From Candidatus Parcubacteria bacterium (GTDB lineage Bacteria > Patescibacteriota > Patescibacteriia > Patescibacteriales > UBA12075), in the NCBI GenBank assembly GCA_002869165.1, contig PKTK01000009.1:1-59043 (forward strand): a stretch of 59,043 nt of DNA, read 5' to 3'. The translations under genes and the position numbers were made by a program. Every line of letters starts with the position of its first letter. Positions within the stretch are counted from its first letter, which is position 1. The notes below the pieces were generated by a model. The model made no database searches, was not told the DNA's origin, and worked only from the letters and a program-made list of their open reading frames with translations. Shown piece after piece: positions 1 to 10,692 of this stretch.

Positions 1-6
1 AAAAAT

Positions 7-945
7 ATGACATTATACAAGGATATTTTAAAAAAATCGTGGTCTATAACCATTAAAAATAAATTTTTGTGGTTTTTTGGTATTTTTTCCCTAATATTAG
101 GCAGTGCTGGTGAGTATGAAGTTTTGTATTCTATTACTAGAAGAGAAGATAAGGCCAATGGGGTAATAGATAGTTTTATTGATTTTATTATGGTTTTTTC
201 TAGTGGTTTTTTGGGAATTGGTAAAAGATTAATTGAAGAACCGTTGTTAACAGTTGAAATTTTATTAACCTTTTTGTTCTTGTTTATTTTGTTTTTGTTT
301 ATGGTGTGGCTGGCTAATATATCACAAATTGCTATAGTTGATTCAAACTATAAAATAACTAGACAGAAAGAAGCCAATATTAAAACCGGTCTAAATACCG
401 GGTTGAGTAAATTTTGGCCAGTGCTTTCCTTGAATATTTTTACTAAATTAATGATCATTTTGCTACTGGCTTTATTAGCTAAATTTACAACTTCGATTCT
501 ATACGGCTTTGTGTTTTTGTCTGTTTTGTTTTTGCTTTTGGTAATCGCCTTTATAACAAAATACGCTATTGCTTATATAGTGATTAGAAATGAAAAAATT
601 AAACACGCTTTAATTTTGGCTTATGATTTATTCAAGAAGAATTGGTTAGTCAGTTTAGAATTAACTTTGGTTTTGCTTGCCTTTACCTTTTTCTTTGTGT
701 TTGTTTCTATGTTGGTGATGGTTACAGCTCTATATTTTATGGCATTTTTGCTTGAATTTTTTAATTCTCATAATGACAGTATAGCATTGTATTTTTCTGC
801 TTTAATACCAATTTTACTTTTGATTATATTTACTTACACTTTAAGTTTATTGTCAGTTTTTCAGATTAGTGCTTGGACGAATTTATTTATTGAAATAGAT
901 GTTAAGGGTGCTAAAAGTAAACTTGAAAGAATGTTTACAAAATAA
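7..945 (+). CDS. Multi-pass membrane protein, unknown function
   Basis: 312-aa ORF with several long hydrophobic segments; no catalytic motif recognised. Confidence 0.7.
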   Translation: MTLYKDILKKSWSITIKNKFLWFFGIFSLILGSAGEYEVLYSITRREDKANGVIDSFIDFIMVFSSGFLGIGKRLIEEPLLTVEILLTFLFLFILFLFMVWLANISQIAIVDSNYKITRQKEANIKTGLNTGLSKFWPVLSLNIFTKLMIILLLALLAKFTTSILYGFVFLSVLFLLLVIAFITKYAIAYIVIRNEKIKHALILAYDLFKKNWLVSLELTLVLLAFTFFFVFVSMLVMVTALYFMAFLLEFFNSHNDSIALYFSALIPILLLIIFTYTLSLLSVFQISAWTNLFIEIDVKGAKSKLERMFTK

Positions 946-994
946 TTTAAATAATTACATTGCCACAAGGTAGATAATTATTCTTATCCCCATT

Positions 995-3900
995 ATGTCA
1001 AATGATTTGCAGTCAGTTGAAGATCTTATTAATGATAGCAAGGGAGGCGAGGTTGATGAAAAGAGTAAGTTGGCTGAGTTTCGAAGAAAACAAGCTGATA
1101 TAAAAATAAAAGACACTGAAAGAGTGACCAAGGCTAGAGCCGAAGAGCTTGGCCTTGAATATCATGATCTATTTGGTTTTCCAATTAGTCCTGACGCACT
1201 TATTATGGTTGACGAAGAAACAGCCAATAGTTTGAAATTGGTGTGTTTTTATTTTGACGGATCTAATATTCGTTTTGCTACCACTGATCCTGAAAATAAA
1301 GAATTAGCAAAAAAGATAGAGGAAATATCCCAGGTAAATTATGCTAACCCAAAATTGTATTTGATTTCTGAGAGAAGCATGGGTTTTTGTTTGGAAATGT
1401 ACAAGACTATTCCCAAGGTAAGAAAATGGATTCCTGGTATTGAGATTACCGAGGAGGATATTAAAAAACTAGAAGTTGGTATAACAGATTACAAAAAAAT
1501 AGAAGAAAAGATTCAAACAGTGAATATTACTGATGTTATTACTGTTTTGGTAGCTGGTGCTTTGAAACTTCGAGTTTCTGATATACACATTGAGGCTGAG
1601 GAAAACGCTATCGCTATTAGATATAGAATTGATGGTGTGATGTATGATGTCGGGGACTTAGACAAAAAGCAATGGAAGAAAGTTATTTCCAGGCTTAAGA
1701 TTATGGCGCGCGTAAAGATTAATGTTGATGATAAGCCACAAGATGGTAGATTTTCTATATTTTTGAAAAATGAAAAAAATGAAGTTCGTGTGTCATTCTT
1801 GCCAACTGGTTTTGGTGAGTCAGTCGTAATGAGAATTTTGAAAGCAGATTCTATCAATCTACCCTTTGAAGAGCTTGGTATTATGGATAGAGCTTTCAAT
1901 CAACTTTCTGCCGAGGTAAAAAAACCAAATGGTATGATCTTGACTACTGGCCCAACAGGATCTGGTAAGACCACTACTTTGTATGCGGTTTTAAATAAGT
2001 TAAACACTCCAGAGATTAAAATAATCACCTTAGAAGATCCTATCGAATATCAACTTAATGGTATTGCTCAGTCGCAAGTCGATCCAAGTAGAGATTACAC
2101 TTTTGCCAAGGGTTTGCGCTCAATTTTAAGACAAGATCCTGATGTGGTGATGGTGGGAGAAATTCGTGATTTAGAAACTGCTGAGATCGCTATTCACGCT
2201 TCACTAACTGGACACTTGGTTTTGTCAACCTTGCATACCAATGATTCAAGTGGAGTTATTCCTAGGCTAGTTGATATGGGAGTTAGACCTTATTTTATTT
2301 CGCCATCTATTAATGCTATTATTGGCCAGCGTTTAGTAAGGCGTTTATGTCCACATTGTCGTGAAGAACATATTTTGAGTAGTGAGGAGAGAGGACAGCT
2401 TGATAAAATATTGGCTGTAGTTTCTCCAAAAGCAAACGTTAATATTCCTCTAGAACTTACAAAACTTTATCAAAAAGGAAAGGGTTGTAGTGAATGCGGA
2501 CAGATTGGTTACAAGGGAAGAGTTGGAATATATGAAATTTTTACAATGACTGACAATATCAAATCTTTGGTTACCAAAGAATCATCCGCTTTTGAAATCC
2601 TCCAGCAAGCTATTGAAGAGGGCATGATAACTATGCTTCAGGATGGAGTTTTGAAAGCTCTTCAAGGAATGACAAGTCTAGAAGAAGTGTATCGGGTTAT
2701 TGGTAAATTTGAATATATTGATGCTTTGTATGATATTGTTATTCAGGATATTATTGGTCGAGGTATTTCAATTGTTAAGGAAGATATTGAATATGCAGAG
2801 TCACTAGCCAAGGATGTTATGAATATTGCGAGTAAACTTGAAGAACTTGGGACAGACAAACTTCTTTATGTGGTAATGGCAACCGCTGTTAAATCTATGG
2901 CAGGAGATGTACATATTGAGCCAACTGAAAAAGGTGCTAGTATCAGATATAGAATTGATGGCGTCATGCATGAAGTAGCAAATATTAAAAAGGATCAATA
3001 TATTCAGATGCTTTCCAAGATCAAAGACTCGGCTGGTTTTTCAACCAAAGAAAAACGTTCTCACTGGGATGGAAGATTTTCTATTGTTATGGATGGTGTT
3101 AGAAAAGACTCTCGTATTTCCATTATTTCAGGAGCTTATGGTGAAACTATCGTAATGAGGCTCTACATGAGTCAGGCTGCTGGTCTAAAAATTGAAGATT
3201 TGGGTATTTCGGCTCCAGCCTTGAACCCACTCAAGAAGTCACTCGAACAAACTAGAGGTATTGTGGTCACCACTGGTCCAACCGGTGCTGGTAAAACCAC
3301 CACTCTTTATTCAATACTTAATCAAATTAACCAGCCAGATATTAAAGTTATTACGATTGAAGATCCAATTGAGTATCATCTTGATGGTATTATGCAAACA
3401 CAAATTGATGTAGATAAGGGCTATACTTTCAAAAAGGCAATTCAATTCTTACTTCGTCAAAATCCGAATGTAATTATGGTTGGTGAAATTCGTGATGAGG
3501 AAACTGCTGAAGTAGCAATTGAGGCTTCACTTACTGGTCATTTAGTTTTGTCTACAATTCATGCGAATTCAGCCGCTGGAGCTATTTCACGTTTTTCAGG
3601 ACTTGGTGTAAACAGACAAACCTTGGCAAACGCAATTAATGCTACTATTGGTCAGCGTTTGGTTAGAACAATTTGTCCGCATTGTAAAGCTGAAGAGAAA
3701 ATAGATGATAAAACACTTAGTGAAGTAGAGATAATAATAAGTCAAATGAATCCAGATATCAGAAAAATACTCCCCAAGGAAAGAAAGTTTTATAAGGGCA
3801 TGGGTTGTGATAAATGTGGCGGTATAGGCTATAAGGGGAGATTAGGAATCTATGAAACCATTCGCATGGATGCAGACATGGAACAGCTTATTCAGAAAGA

Positions 3901-4030
3901 AGCAGTTACCGATGAGATGATCGAAAATTTAGCCATAGAAAAAGGCGCTATTTTAATGGTTCAGGATGGTATTTTGAAGGCTTTGCAAGGTTTGACAAGT
4001 ATTGGAGAAGTATTTAGAGTTATTAGGTAG
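995..4030 (+). CDS. pilB: GspE/PulE/PilB-family secretion/pilus ATPase with two tandem ATPase modules
   Basis: Walker A GPTGSGKTTT and GPTGAGKTTT; Walker B DPDVVMVGEIRD and NPNVIMVGEIRD; two His boxes (LSTLHTN, LSTIHAN); two Zn tetracysteine motifs (CPHC..CSEC, CPHC..CDKC); two SDIHIE/GDVHIE-RxRIDG N2 domains. Confidence 0.92.
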   Translation: MSNDLQSVEDLINDSKGGEVDEKSKLAEFRRKQADIKIKDTERVTKARAEELGLEYHDLFGFPISPDALIMVDEETANSLKLVCFYFDGSNIRFATTDPENKELAKKIEEISQVNYANPKLYLISERSMGFCLEMYKTIPKVRKWIPGIEITEEDIKKLEVGITDYKKIEEKIQTVNITDVITVLVAGALKLRVSDIHIEAEENAIAIRYRIDGVMYDVGDLDKKQWKKVISRLKIMARVKINVDDKPQDGRFSIFLKNEKNEVRVSFLPTGFGESVVMRILKADSINLPFEELGIMDRAFNQLSAEVKKPNGMILTTGPTGSGKTTTLYAVLNKLNTPEIKIITLEDPIEYQLNGIAQSQVDPSRDYTFAKGLRSILRQDPDVVMVGEIRDLETAEIAIHASLTGHLVLSTLHTNDSSGVIPRLVDMGVRPYFISPSINAIIGQRLVRRLCPHCREEHILSSEERGQLDKILAVVSPKANVNIPLELTKLYQKGKGCSECGQIGYKGRVGIYEIFTMTDNIKSLVTKESSAFEILQQAIEEGMITMLQDGVLKALQGMTSLEEVYRVIGKFEYIDALYDIVIQDIIGRGISIVKEDIEYAESLAKDVMNIASKLEELGTDKLLYVVMATAVKSMAGDVHIEPTEKGASIRYRIDGVMHEVANIKKDQYIQMLSKIKDSAGFSTKEKRSHWDGRFSIVMDGVRKDSRISIISGAYGETIVMRLYMSQAAGLKIEDLGISAPALNPLKKSLEQTRGIVVTTGPTGAGKTTTLYSILNQINQPDIKVITIEDPIEYHLDGIMQTQIDVDKGYTFKKAIQFLLRQNPNVIMVGEIRDEETAEVAIEASLTGHLVLSTIHANSAAGAISRFSGLGVNRQTLANAINATIGQRLVRTICPHCKAEEKIDDKTLSEVEIIISQMNPDIRKILPKERKFYKGMGCDKCGGIGYKGRLGIYETIRMDADMEQLIQKEAVTDEMIENLAIEKGAILMVQDGILKALQGLTSIGEVFRVIR

Positions 4031-4065
4031 ATTATCACATATCACAAAACACATATCATATATCA
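4031..4065 (+). repeat. Heptamer tandem repeat (ATCACAT/AACACAT) directly after the stop codon
   Basis: atcacatatcacaaaacacatatcatatatca; same family at 14862-14890, 15038-15070 (-) and 39663-39724 (-). Confidence 0.75.
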
Positions 4066-4200
4066 ATTTCTTTCCTTCTAAAAGATAAAAGGAATTGCAA
4101 AGCAAGAGAGAGTCCTTAGAAATGATTGTTCTGAGGTGGGAAAAATGTGTGTAGTTGTAAAACAACAATTATTTAATATTAAGTATTTAGTAAATAATAG

Positions 4201-4237
4201 AATTCGTAAATTCGTACAGATTCGTATTTTAGTAGCC
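4201..4237. repeat. Dispersed TTCGTA-type repeat, near-identical copy at 31175-31209
   Basis: ttcgtaaattcgtacagattcgtattttagtagcc vs ttcgtaaattcgtacagatttgtattttcgtagcc. Confidence 0.8.
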
Positions 4238-4244
4238 CAAAAAT

Positions 4245-4814
4245 ATGATTAACAAACAGTTTATTCAAAAATTAAAAAAGGAGCATGAGGAAAGTAATTC
4301 TGAAAGACGTCAGATTATTTCTAAGTCAAATATAATTTTGCATGATTCAAAGCGAGTTATTTTTTCAATACACAGAGGTGATATAGGAAAAGCTACTGAA
4401 AGTCTAGCGGAAATTGAAAAAATCCTTGTAAAATTACAAGAAAAGTTTGGTTTTGTAAGAGTTAGACAAGAAGGTTCATACAAGGCTGCTGTTGAAGAAT
4501 ATGTGGAAGCCAGGGTTTTATTCTTGGTAGTAACAGGCAAGAAGATTGATAAATTTAAAGGCATTAAGCTTGATTATGAATCTTATCTTGGTGGGATTTG
4601 TGACTTGACGGGTGAATTGGTTCGTCGAGCAACCAATAAAGCAGCTAATGGTGAATATGAGGAAGTTGAAAAGATCAAAGAATACATAAATCAAATAATG
4701 TCAGAATTGGTTGAGTTTGATATGGCAGGCTATCTTCGCACCAAGTATGATCAAGCCAGAGGAAGTCTTAGAAAGATTGAACAGATTAATTACGACATAA
4801 ATATTCGAAAGTAA
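4245..4814 (+). CDS. Translin/TRAX (C3PO)-family protein
   Basis: 189-aa all-helical protein with EEYVEA and YLGGICDLTGELVRRA motifs typical of translin/TRAX. Confidence 0.85.
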   Translation: MINKQFIQKLKKEHEESNSERRQIISKSNIILHDSKRVIFSIHRGDIGKATESLAEIEKILVKLQEKFGFVRVRQEGSYKAAVEEYVEARVLFLVVTGKKIDKFKGIKLDYESYLGGICDLTGELVRRATNKAANGEYEEVEKIKEYINQIMSELVEFDMAGYLRTKYDQARGSLRKIEQINYDINIRK

Positions 4815-5135
4815 ATTACCCTTAGCTTTTAGGCGAGGGGAGCTCTTAAAAAAATCTATTCAAGAAGAAAAATTTCAAACAGAAAGAAAAAAGATGCAAC
4901 TGGAGAATTAGAAAAACAGATATTGAGTGGGAAAGTAGAGTTGTGATTAGATTTTTCAAAAAGAGTGAGTAAAAAATTTTAATGTTGTTTACTATCATTT
5001 AGGGTGAAATAAAAAGTATTAATAGGGTATTAATAGGGTATTGATACCTTTTTTATTTCCTAAAAAACATCAAAAATGTTATAATAAAAGAAGTATTAAA
5101 GCCTAGATAACTAGGAATTTTTGTATTTTTTTTGA

Positions 5136-6296
5136 ATGAGACATAATCATAAAAAATTTTTTCAAGCCACAGCTGTAATGCTTGGTTATATTATTGGCGT
5201 AGGTATGTTTGGTATGCCTTATCTTATGCAAGAATCAGGTGTTGTTTCTTTTCTTTTTTTTATGGCTATTTTAGTTCCAGTGCAGTTTTTAGTGCATATG
5301 ATGTATGCTAGTTTAATTTTATCCACTAGAGAATATCATAGAATGCCTGGTTACGCTGGTCTTTATATTGGCAAGAAGATGAAAAATTTAGTTTTTGTTA
5401 CCAAAGTTTTTGGTAATTGGGGAGGGCTGCTTGCTTATATTATTATCACAGGATCATTTATGTTTACATTATTTGAGCCAATATTTGGGGGTAATGAATT
5501 TTTTTATGCTACCTTAGTGTATATTATTGAAATAGTAATTATATTTTTTGGTATAGTAATGATTGCTAAGGTGGAGTTAGGGATGACTTTTTTGCTGCTA
5601 TTTGCAGTTACTTTAATTCTCCTTAAAGGAGGTAATTATATTAATGTAGAAAATTTAAATTTAATGGGTAGAGGTGGCGCCTTTTTTCTTCATTACGGAG
5701 CTATGTTAATGGCGCTTGATGGAAACGGTGCTTTACCAATTGTTACTAGACTTGTTAAGCGTGATGCTAAGATGATTAGACGAGTAATACTTTATAGTAC
5801 TTTGATAGTGGCTATGTTGTTGCTTGTTTTTACTTTTTCTATTGCTGGGATTACTGGAGATGCTACTACGCAAAATGCTCTAAGCGGTTTAGAGGAGCTA
5901 CTTGATGGAGTTGTGCTTGTTTCGATTATTTTCGGGGTTATTTGCATGATCACTTCTTTTATTGGAGTGGCTGAGTCTATTAAGGAAACTTTTTCCTGGG
6001 ACTATGGATATGGCGAAAAAACATCTTTTCTTTTAGCAGTTTTTATTCCTTATATTTTGTATTTATTGGGATTTTCCGACTTGATAGAAGTTATTAGTTT
6101 TGTTGGTGCTGTTGGTGGAGGTTTTTCAGCAATTTTAATGGTGATTATTTTTAGAAAAATTAGAAACAAAAGAGGTGTCAAGAAAATGTTTAAATATAGG
6201 CCAAATACTTTGGTGCAAGGATTATTGATATGTATTTTTGTTTTGGGAATTGTTTACTCTCTTTGGGATTTTTTCAGTAATTTACAGATTGGATAG
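5136..6296 (+). CDS. Aromatic amino-acid permease family transporter (APC superfamily)
   Basis: N-terminal GYIIGVGMFGMPY motif, about 11 TM segments, ITSFIGVA motif. Confidence 0.8.
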   Translation: MRHNHKKFFQATAVMLGYIIGVGMFGMPYLMQESGVVSFLFFMAILVPVQFLVHMMYASLILSTREYHRMPGYAGLYIGKKMKNLVFVTKVFGNWGGLLAYIIITGSFMFTLFEPIFGGNEFFYATLVYIIEIVIIFFGIVMIAKVELGMTFLLLFAVTLILLKGGNYINVENLNLMGRGGAFFLHYGAMLMALDGNGALPIVTRLVKRDAKMIRRVILYSTLIVAMLLLVFTFSIAGITGDATTQNALSGLEELLDGVVLVSIIFGVICMITSFIGVAESIKETFSWDYGYGEKTSFLLAVFIPYILYLLGFSDLIEVISFVGAVGGGFSAILMVIIFRKIRNKRGVKKMFKYRPNTLVQGLLICIFVLGIVYSLWDFFSNLQIG

Positions 6297-6330
6297 TTAA
6301 AAAGTAATTATTTATATAATATATATTGAT

Positions 6331-7488
6331 ATGAATATTTTTTTATTTTTGAGTGGTGTTTTTCTGTTTACTTTTTTGGCAGGTAGGGTTTTGCAGACTC
6401 TTAGAATTCCTTGGATATTTTCTGCATTGTTGCTTGGTGGAATTTTTGCTATTTATAACCCATTTAGCCTCATAACCAATTCAGAGAGTTTTACTTTTTT
6501 ATCCAATTTGGGTATGTATTTTCTTTTGTTTATTATTGGTTTTGAAATTAATCTTAAGCAAATCAGTGAAAAAAGAGCTTTTATAATGAAAACAGCTTTT
6601 GTGGTTATATTTTCCAATACCTTATTTGGTAGTTTGTTTATTCACTATGTATTTGATTATAACTGGCTCATTTCAGTAATAGTTGCTTTATCATTTTCAA
6701 CTGTGGGTGAGGCAATCCTGGTTCCGATATTGGATGAATTCAATATAACCAAATCAAGTTTAGGTCAAACAATCTTAAGTGTAGGAACCTTTGATGATGT
6801 TTTGGAGATTCTTACTTTGGTTTTTGTGATTTTATTCGTTGGAGCAGGTATTCACGGGCAACTTAGCATACTGATAATATCAATGTCTTTGTTGGTTCTG
6901 TTTTTGATGACTTTTGGCTTGTCTAGATTAAAGACCCAAGGTGAAAGATTTAGTTATCTAAAAATTGAGCCACTTTTTCTCTTTGTTATCGCGACAATGT
7001 TTTTGTTTATTGGAGTAGGTGAATATGCTGAAGCTAGTGCTTTGGGAGCGGTTTTGGCAGGAATTGGACTTAGGACTTTTATTCCTGATGAACGTCTTGA
7101 AGCAATTGAAAATGAGGTAAAAGCAGTTTGCTACGGAATTTTTGCCCCAATCTTTTTTTTCTGGGTAGGCTTAGGACTTAATATTGATTATCTCCTAGAA
7201 AATTATTTTTTAGTTATTTTAACGATTATAATCTCTAGTGGGGCGAAGTTTTTGGCTACTATTTTATTTTGCAGAAAGGAGCTTGGTATGGTGAATTCTT
7301 TATTGCTTAGCACTGGTCTTTCAGTGAGATTCTCTACTAGTATCGTAGTAATGAAGATTCTATATGACAATGGGATTGTAGCGGATAATTTGTATTCGGT
7401 TATTATCGCTTCTAGTATAATACTGACTTTTATTGTTCCTATAGTTTTATCACAATTATTAAAAGAGCACTTCAGTGAAGTGTATTAG
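6331..7488 (+). CDS. Cation:proton antiporter (CPA2 / Na+/H+ exchanger family)
   Basis: LFIIGFEIN, SFSTV, VGTFDD and FAPIFFFWVGL motifs; about 12 TM segments. Confidence 0.85.
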   Translation: MNIFLFLSGVFLFTFLAGRVLQTLRIPWIFSALLLGGIFAIYNPFSLITNSESFTFLSNLGMYFLLFIIGFEINLKQISEKRAFIMKTAFVVIFSNTLFGSLFIHYVFDYNWLISVIVALSFSTVGEAILVPILDEFNITKSSLGQTILSVGTFDDVLEILTLVFVILFVGAGIHGQLSILIISMSLLVLFLMTFGLSRLKTQGERFSYLKIEPLFLFVIATMFLFIGVGEYAEASALGAVLAGIGLRTFIPDERLEAIENEVKAVCYGIFAPIFFFWVGLGLNIDYLLENYFLVILTIIISSGAKFLATILFCRKELGMVNSLLLSTGLSVRFSTSIVVMKILYDNGIVADNLYSVIIASSIILTFIVPIVLSQLLKEHFSEVY

Positions 7489-7492
7489 TTTT

Positions 7493-10057
7493 ATGAATTA
7501 TAATGGCTTAACAAGTGAAGAGGTAGAAAAAAGAAAAAAAATATATGGCAAGAATGAAATAACTCGGACAGTTAAAATTAACCCGTTAAAACTTTTTCTT
7601 TCCCAGTTTTTATCTCCCTTAGTTATTATTCTTTTGTTTGCAGCGTTGATATCTGTCTTGATTGGATTTTTGCCAGGTCAAGAACCAGACTATATCGACG
7701 CTTTTTTGATTTTTGTGATTGTTATTCTTTCTAGTCTTTCTGGTTTTATTCAGGAATATAAGGCAGAAAAATCTATTGAAGCTTTGCAAGAGATGTCTAT
7801 TCCTAGTATTCAAGTAATGCGTGATGGAGAAATCATAGAGATACCTGTTACCGATATTACAGTTGGTGATTTGGTACTACTTGAGGCTGGTGATGTTGTT
7901 CCAGCAGATGGGAAAATAATAGAATCCTTTAATTTTAAAGTTGATGAGTCAATTTTGACTGGTGAGTAAGATTCAGTTGACAAAAAAGCTGAAGATGAGG
8001 TGTATATGAATACATCGGTTTATGTAGGTAATGCTAAGATTAAAATTAGCAAGGTGGGCATGCAGACTAAAGTAGGTGAGATTGCCAATAAATTGCAACA
8101 GATTCCCAATGAAAGAACTTCATTTGAAGAAGAAGTGGCAAGTTTTAGTAAAAAGATATTTTGGGTAACTGGTTTTATAACAGTTGTGATATTTCTTGGT
8201 AATTTGTTTAAATATGATCTATACACCTCTTTACTTACAGCGGTTTCGCTTGCTGTTGCAGCTATTCCAGAGGGCTTGCCTGCTGTAGTAGTTTTGTCGC
8301 TAGCAATTGGTGCTAAAACAATGTTTAAAAACAATGCCTTGATTAGAAGGTTGAATGTAGTTGAATCAATTGGCGCCGTTGATGTTGTATGTTCAGATAA
8401 AACAGGTACAATCACTAAAAACGAAATGACTGTTGTTAGGCTTTTTGTAAATAACAAGGTTTATAACACTGAGATTCAGGACAAGGACAGAAAAGATGAA
8501 GATGAATTTTATTCTCTTCTTGAGTGTGGAGCGATTTGTAATAACACAAAGGTAAGTGGTCATCCAGAAGGAGATAGAAAATATATTGGAGAACAAACAG
8601 AGATTGGAATTATAAGGGTAGCCGAAGCTTTTGGTATTTATAATGAAAAAATAAACGAACAATACGCTAAGATAAATGAAATTCCTTTTAGTTCTGAAAG
8701 GAAAATGATGAGCGTGGTGGTTCATGAAAAGTTAGAAAAGAATGCAAATAAAAAAATGTTTAGCAAAGGTGCTCCAGAGGTATTGATTGAAAAGTGTAAT
8801 AGAATACTGGAAAATGGAAAAGTAAGAAAAATGGAATTGAATGATAAAAAAGTTATTTTAAGTCAAAATGAGAATTTTGCTGTGAGCGCTTATAGGGTTT
8901 TAGGTTTTGCTTACAAAGAGATTGATGACAATGACAAGCAAACGGAAAAAGACTTGATTTGGATTGGGCTTGAAGCAATGGTTGATCCTCCTCATACTGA
9001 AATTGTTGACACTTTGAAAAATTGTCAAACAGCTGGTATTAGAGTGATAATGATAACAGGAGACAATCCTATTACTGCTAAAGCAATTGCTGATACAATC
9101 GGTCTGAAAAGTGAAGGTGTTTTGGAGGGAAAAGATATAGAAAAGATGACAGTTAGGGATGTTCAAAATAGTCTTGATGAAAATATTAATATTTTTGCCA
9201 GAACCACTCCAATGCATAAATTAAAAATTTTAAAAGTCCTGGAAAAAAATAATCGTGTGGCTATGACAGGAGATGGGGTTAATGATTCGTTAGCGATCAA
9301 GCAAGCAAACGTAGGTATTGCTATGGGCCAGAGAGGCACAAGTGTAGCTAAGGAGTCTAGCGATATTGTGTTACTGGATGATAATTTTTCAACTATTATA
9401 AAAGCCATTAAAGAGGGCAGGAGAATATTTGATAATATTCGTAAGTTTATGAATTATCTATTGGTCTCTAATATTGCTGAAGTTTTTGTTTTGTTTTTGT
9501 CAGTTTTTTTGTTTACACTTGATAAGCCGATATTAATACCAGTGCAGATTTTATGGATAAATTTACTTACTGATGGAATGCCAGCTTTGGCCCTGGGTGT
9601 TGATCCGGCCAGAAAAGATATCATGAAGGATAAACCTCGTCACAAAAATGAAGCAATTATAAACAAACGTTTGGCATGGTTGATTGGTCTCATGGGAGCC
9701 AAGAAAACTATTGTTCTCTTGATAACCTTCTTGTTGGTTTTGCCTCAAGGGGAAGACTTGGCACGGACCACTCTTTTTACGGGATTTATCTTGTATGAAT
9801 TTGTGCGTATTGCCAGTATTCGTTCGCAGGAAAAACTTAATTGGACATCAAATCCTTGGCTCTTAATAGCTTTGTTAGTTTCTTTACTTCTTCAGTTGGT
9901 GATCGTGTATTCACCGCTAAATGTATTTTTCCATGCTGTTCCACTTGGACTTGGGCAATGGTTTATTTTGCTTTCAGGTGTTTGTATTGGATATTTTACA
10001 GCTCTATTAATAACAAAATTAGTTTCTGATTATTTTGAAAAGAAGGAGGCGAATTAA
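7493..10057 (+). pseudogene. Cation-translocating P-type ATPase (type II, Ca2+-like) with one in-frame TAA at 7967-7969
   Basis: ORFs 7475..7969 and 8000..10057 share a frame. The TGES motif reads LTGE* (TCA>TAA). DKTGT, TGDN, MTGDGVND and PEGLP are intact. May be a sequence error rather than a true pseudogene. Confidence 0.85.
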
Positions 10058-10067
10058 ATAAAATAAA

Positions 10068-10559
10068 ATGAAAATTGTAATTACCTCAGATATTCATGAT
10101 AATATCACAAATTTAAAAACTTGCCTTGATTGGTGTAAAAAAGAAAAAATTGAGACAATGATCTGTTGTGGAGATCTGGCTAGTTTGGATACGCTAGAAA
10201 TTTTAAGTAAGAATTTTCCTGGTCAGATTCATTATGTTTCCGGGAATATGGATTATATTTATCAAGATGATGCCGATGATTTTTCAAACATAAGTCATCA
10301 CGGTGAGGTTGGTCGGGTAGAAATAGCAGGGCTTAATATTGGCATGTGTCATCAACCTTTCAAATTTGATAGAGTTCTTGCTCTTGGTGAATGTGATATT
10401 GTTTTTTATGGCCACACTCATAAACCATGGGAAGAAAATAAAAATGGCGTAAGGTTTGTAAATCCTGGCACCTTGAGCGCCATGTTTTCTCTAGCAACTT
10501 TTGCGGTTTTTGATACAGAGAGAGGGGAGATGGAATTGAAGGTGCTTAACAAACTATAA
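10068..10559 (+). CDS. YfcE-family metallophosphoesterase
   Basis: SDIHDN, CGDL, GNMD, GHTH and NPG motifs. Confidence 0.88.
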   Translation: MKIVITSDIHDNITNLKTCLDWCKKEKIETMICCGDLASLDTLEILSKNFPGQIHYVSGNMDYIYQDDADDFSNISHHGEVGRVEIAGLNIGMCHQPFKFDRVLALGECDIVFYGHTHKPWEENKNGVRFVNPGTLSAMFSLATFAVFDTERGEMELKVLNKL

Positions 10560-10563
10560 TTTT

Positions 10564-10678
10564 TGTCATTTCGTAAGGAGTCCTGCCTGCCGGTAGGCAG
10601 GGAAACGACTGGAGAAATTCCTTAGATAATATATTTTGCAATGGCCAAGGAATCTCTCCGTTACGCTACGAAATGACA
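10564..10678. repeat. TGTCAT..ATGACA palindromic REP/MITE-like element with nested mini-palindrome cctgcctgccggtaggcagg (10582-10601)
   Basis: Terminal inverted repeats tgtcatttcgta / tacgaaatgaca; internal ggagaaattcctt / aaggaatctctcc. Confidence 0.85.
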
Positions 10679-10692
10679 AGTAGAAAAAAAAC

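Noticed and set aside
4818-4952. IS200/IS605-like end hairpin plus a short ORF remnant (..LEKQILSGKVEL*)
   Set aside because: Too short and degenerate to assign; no transposase nearby.
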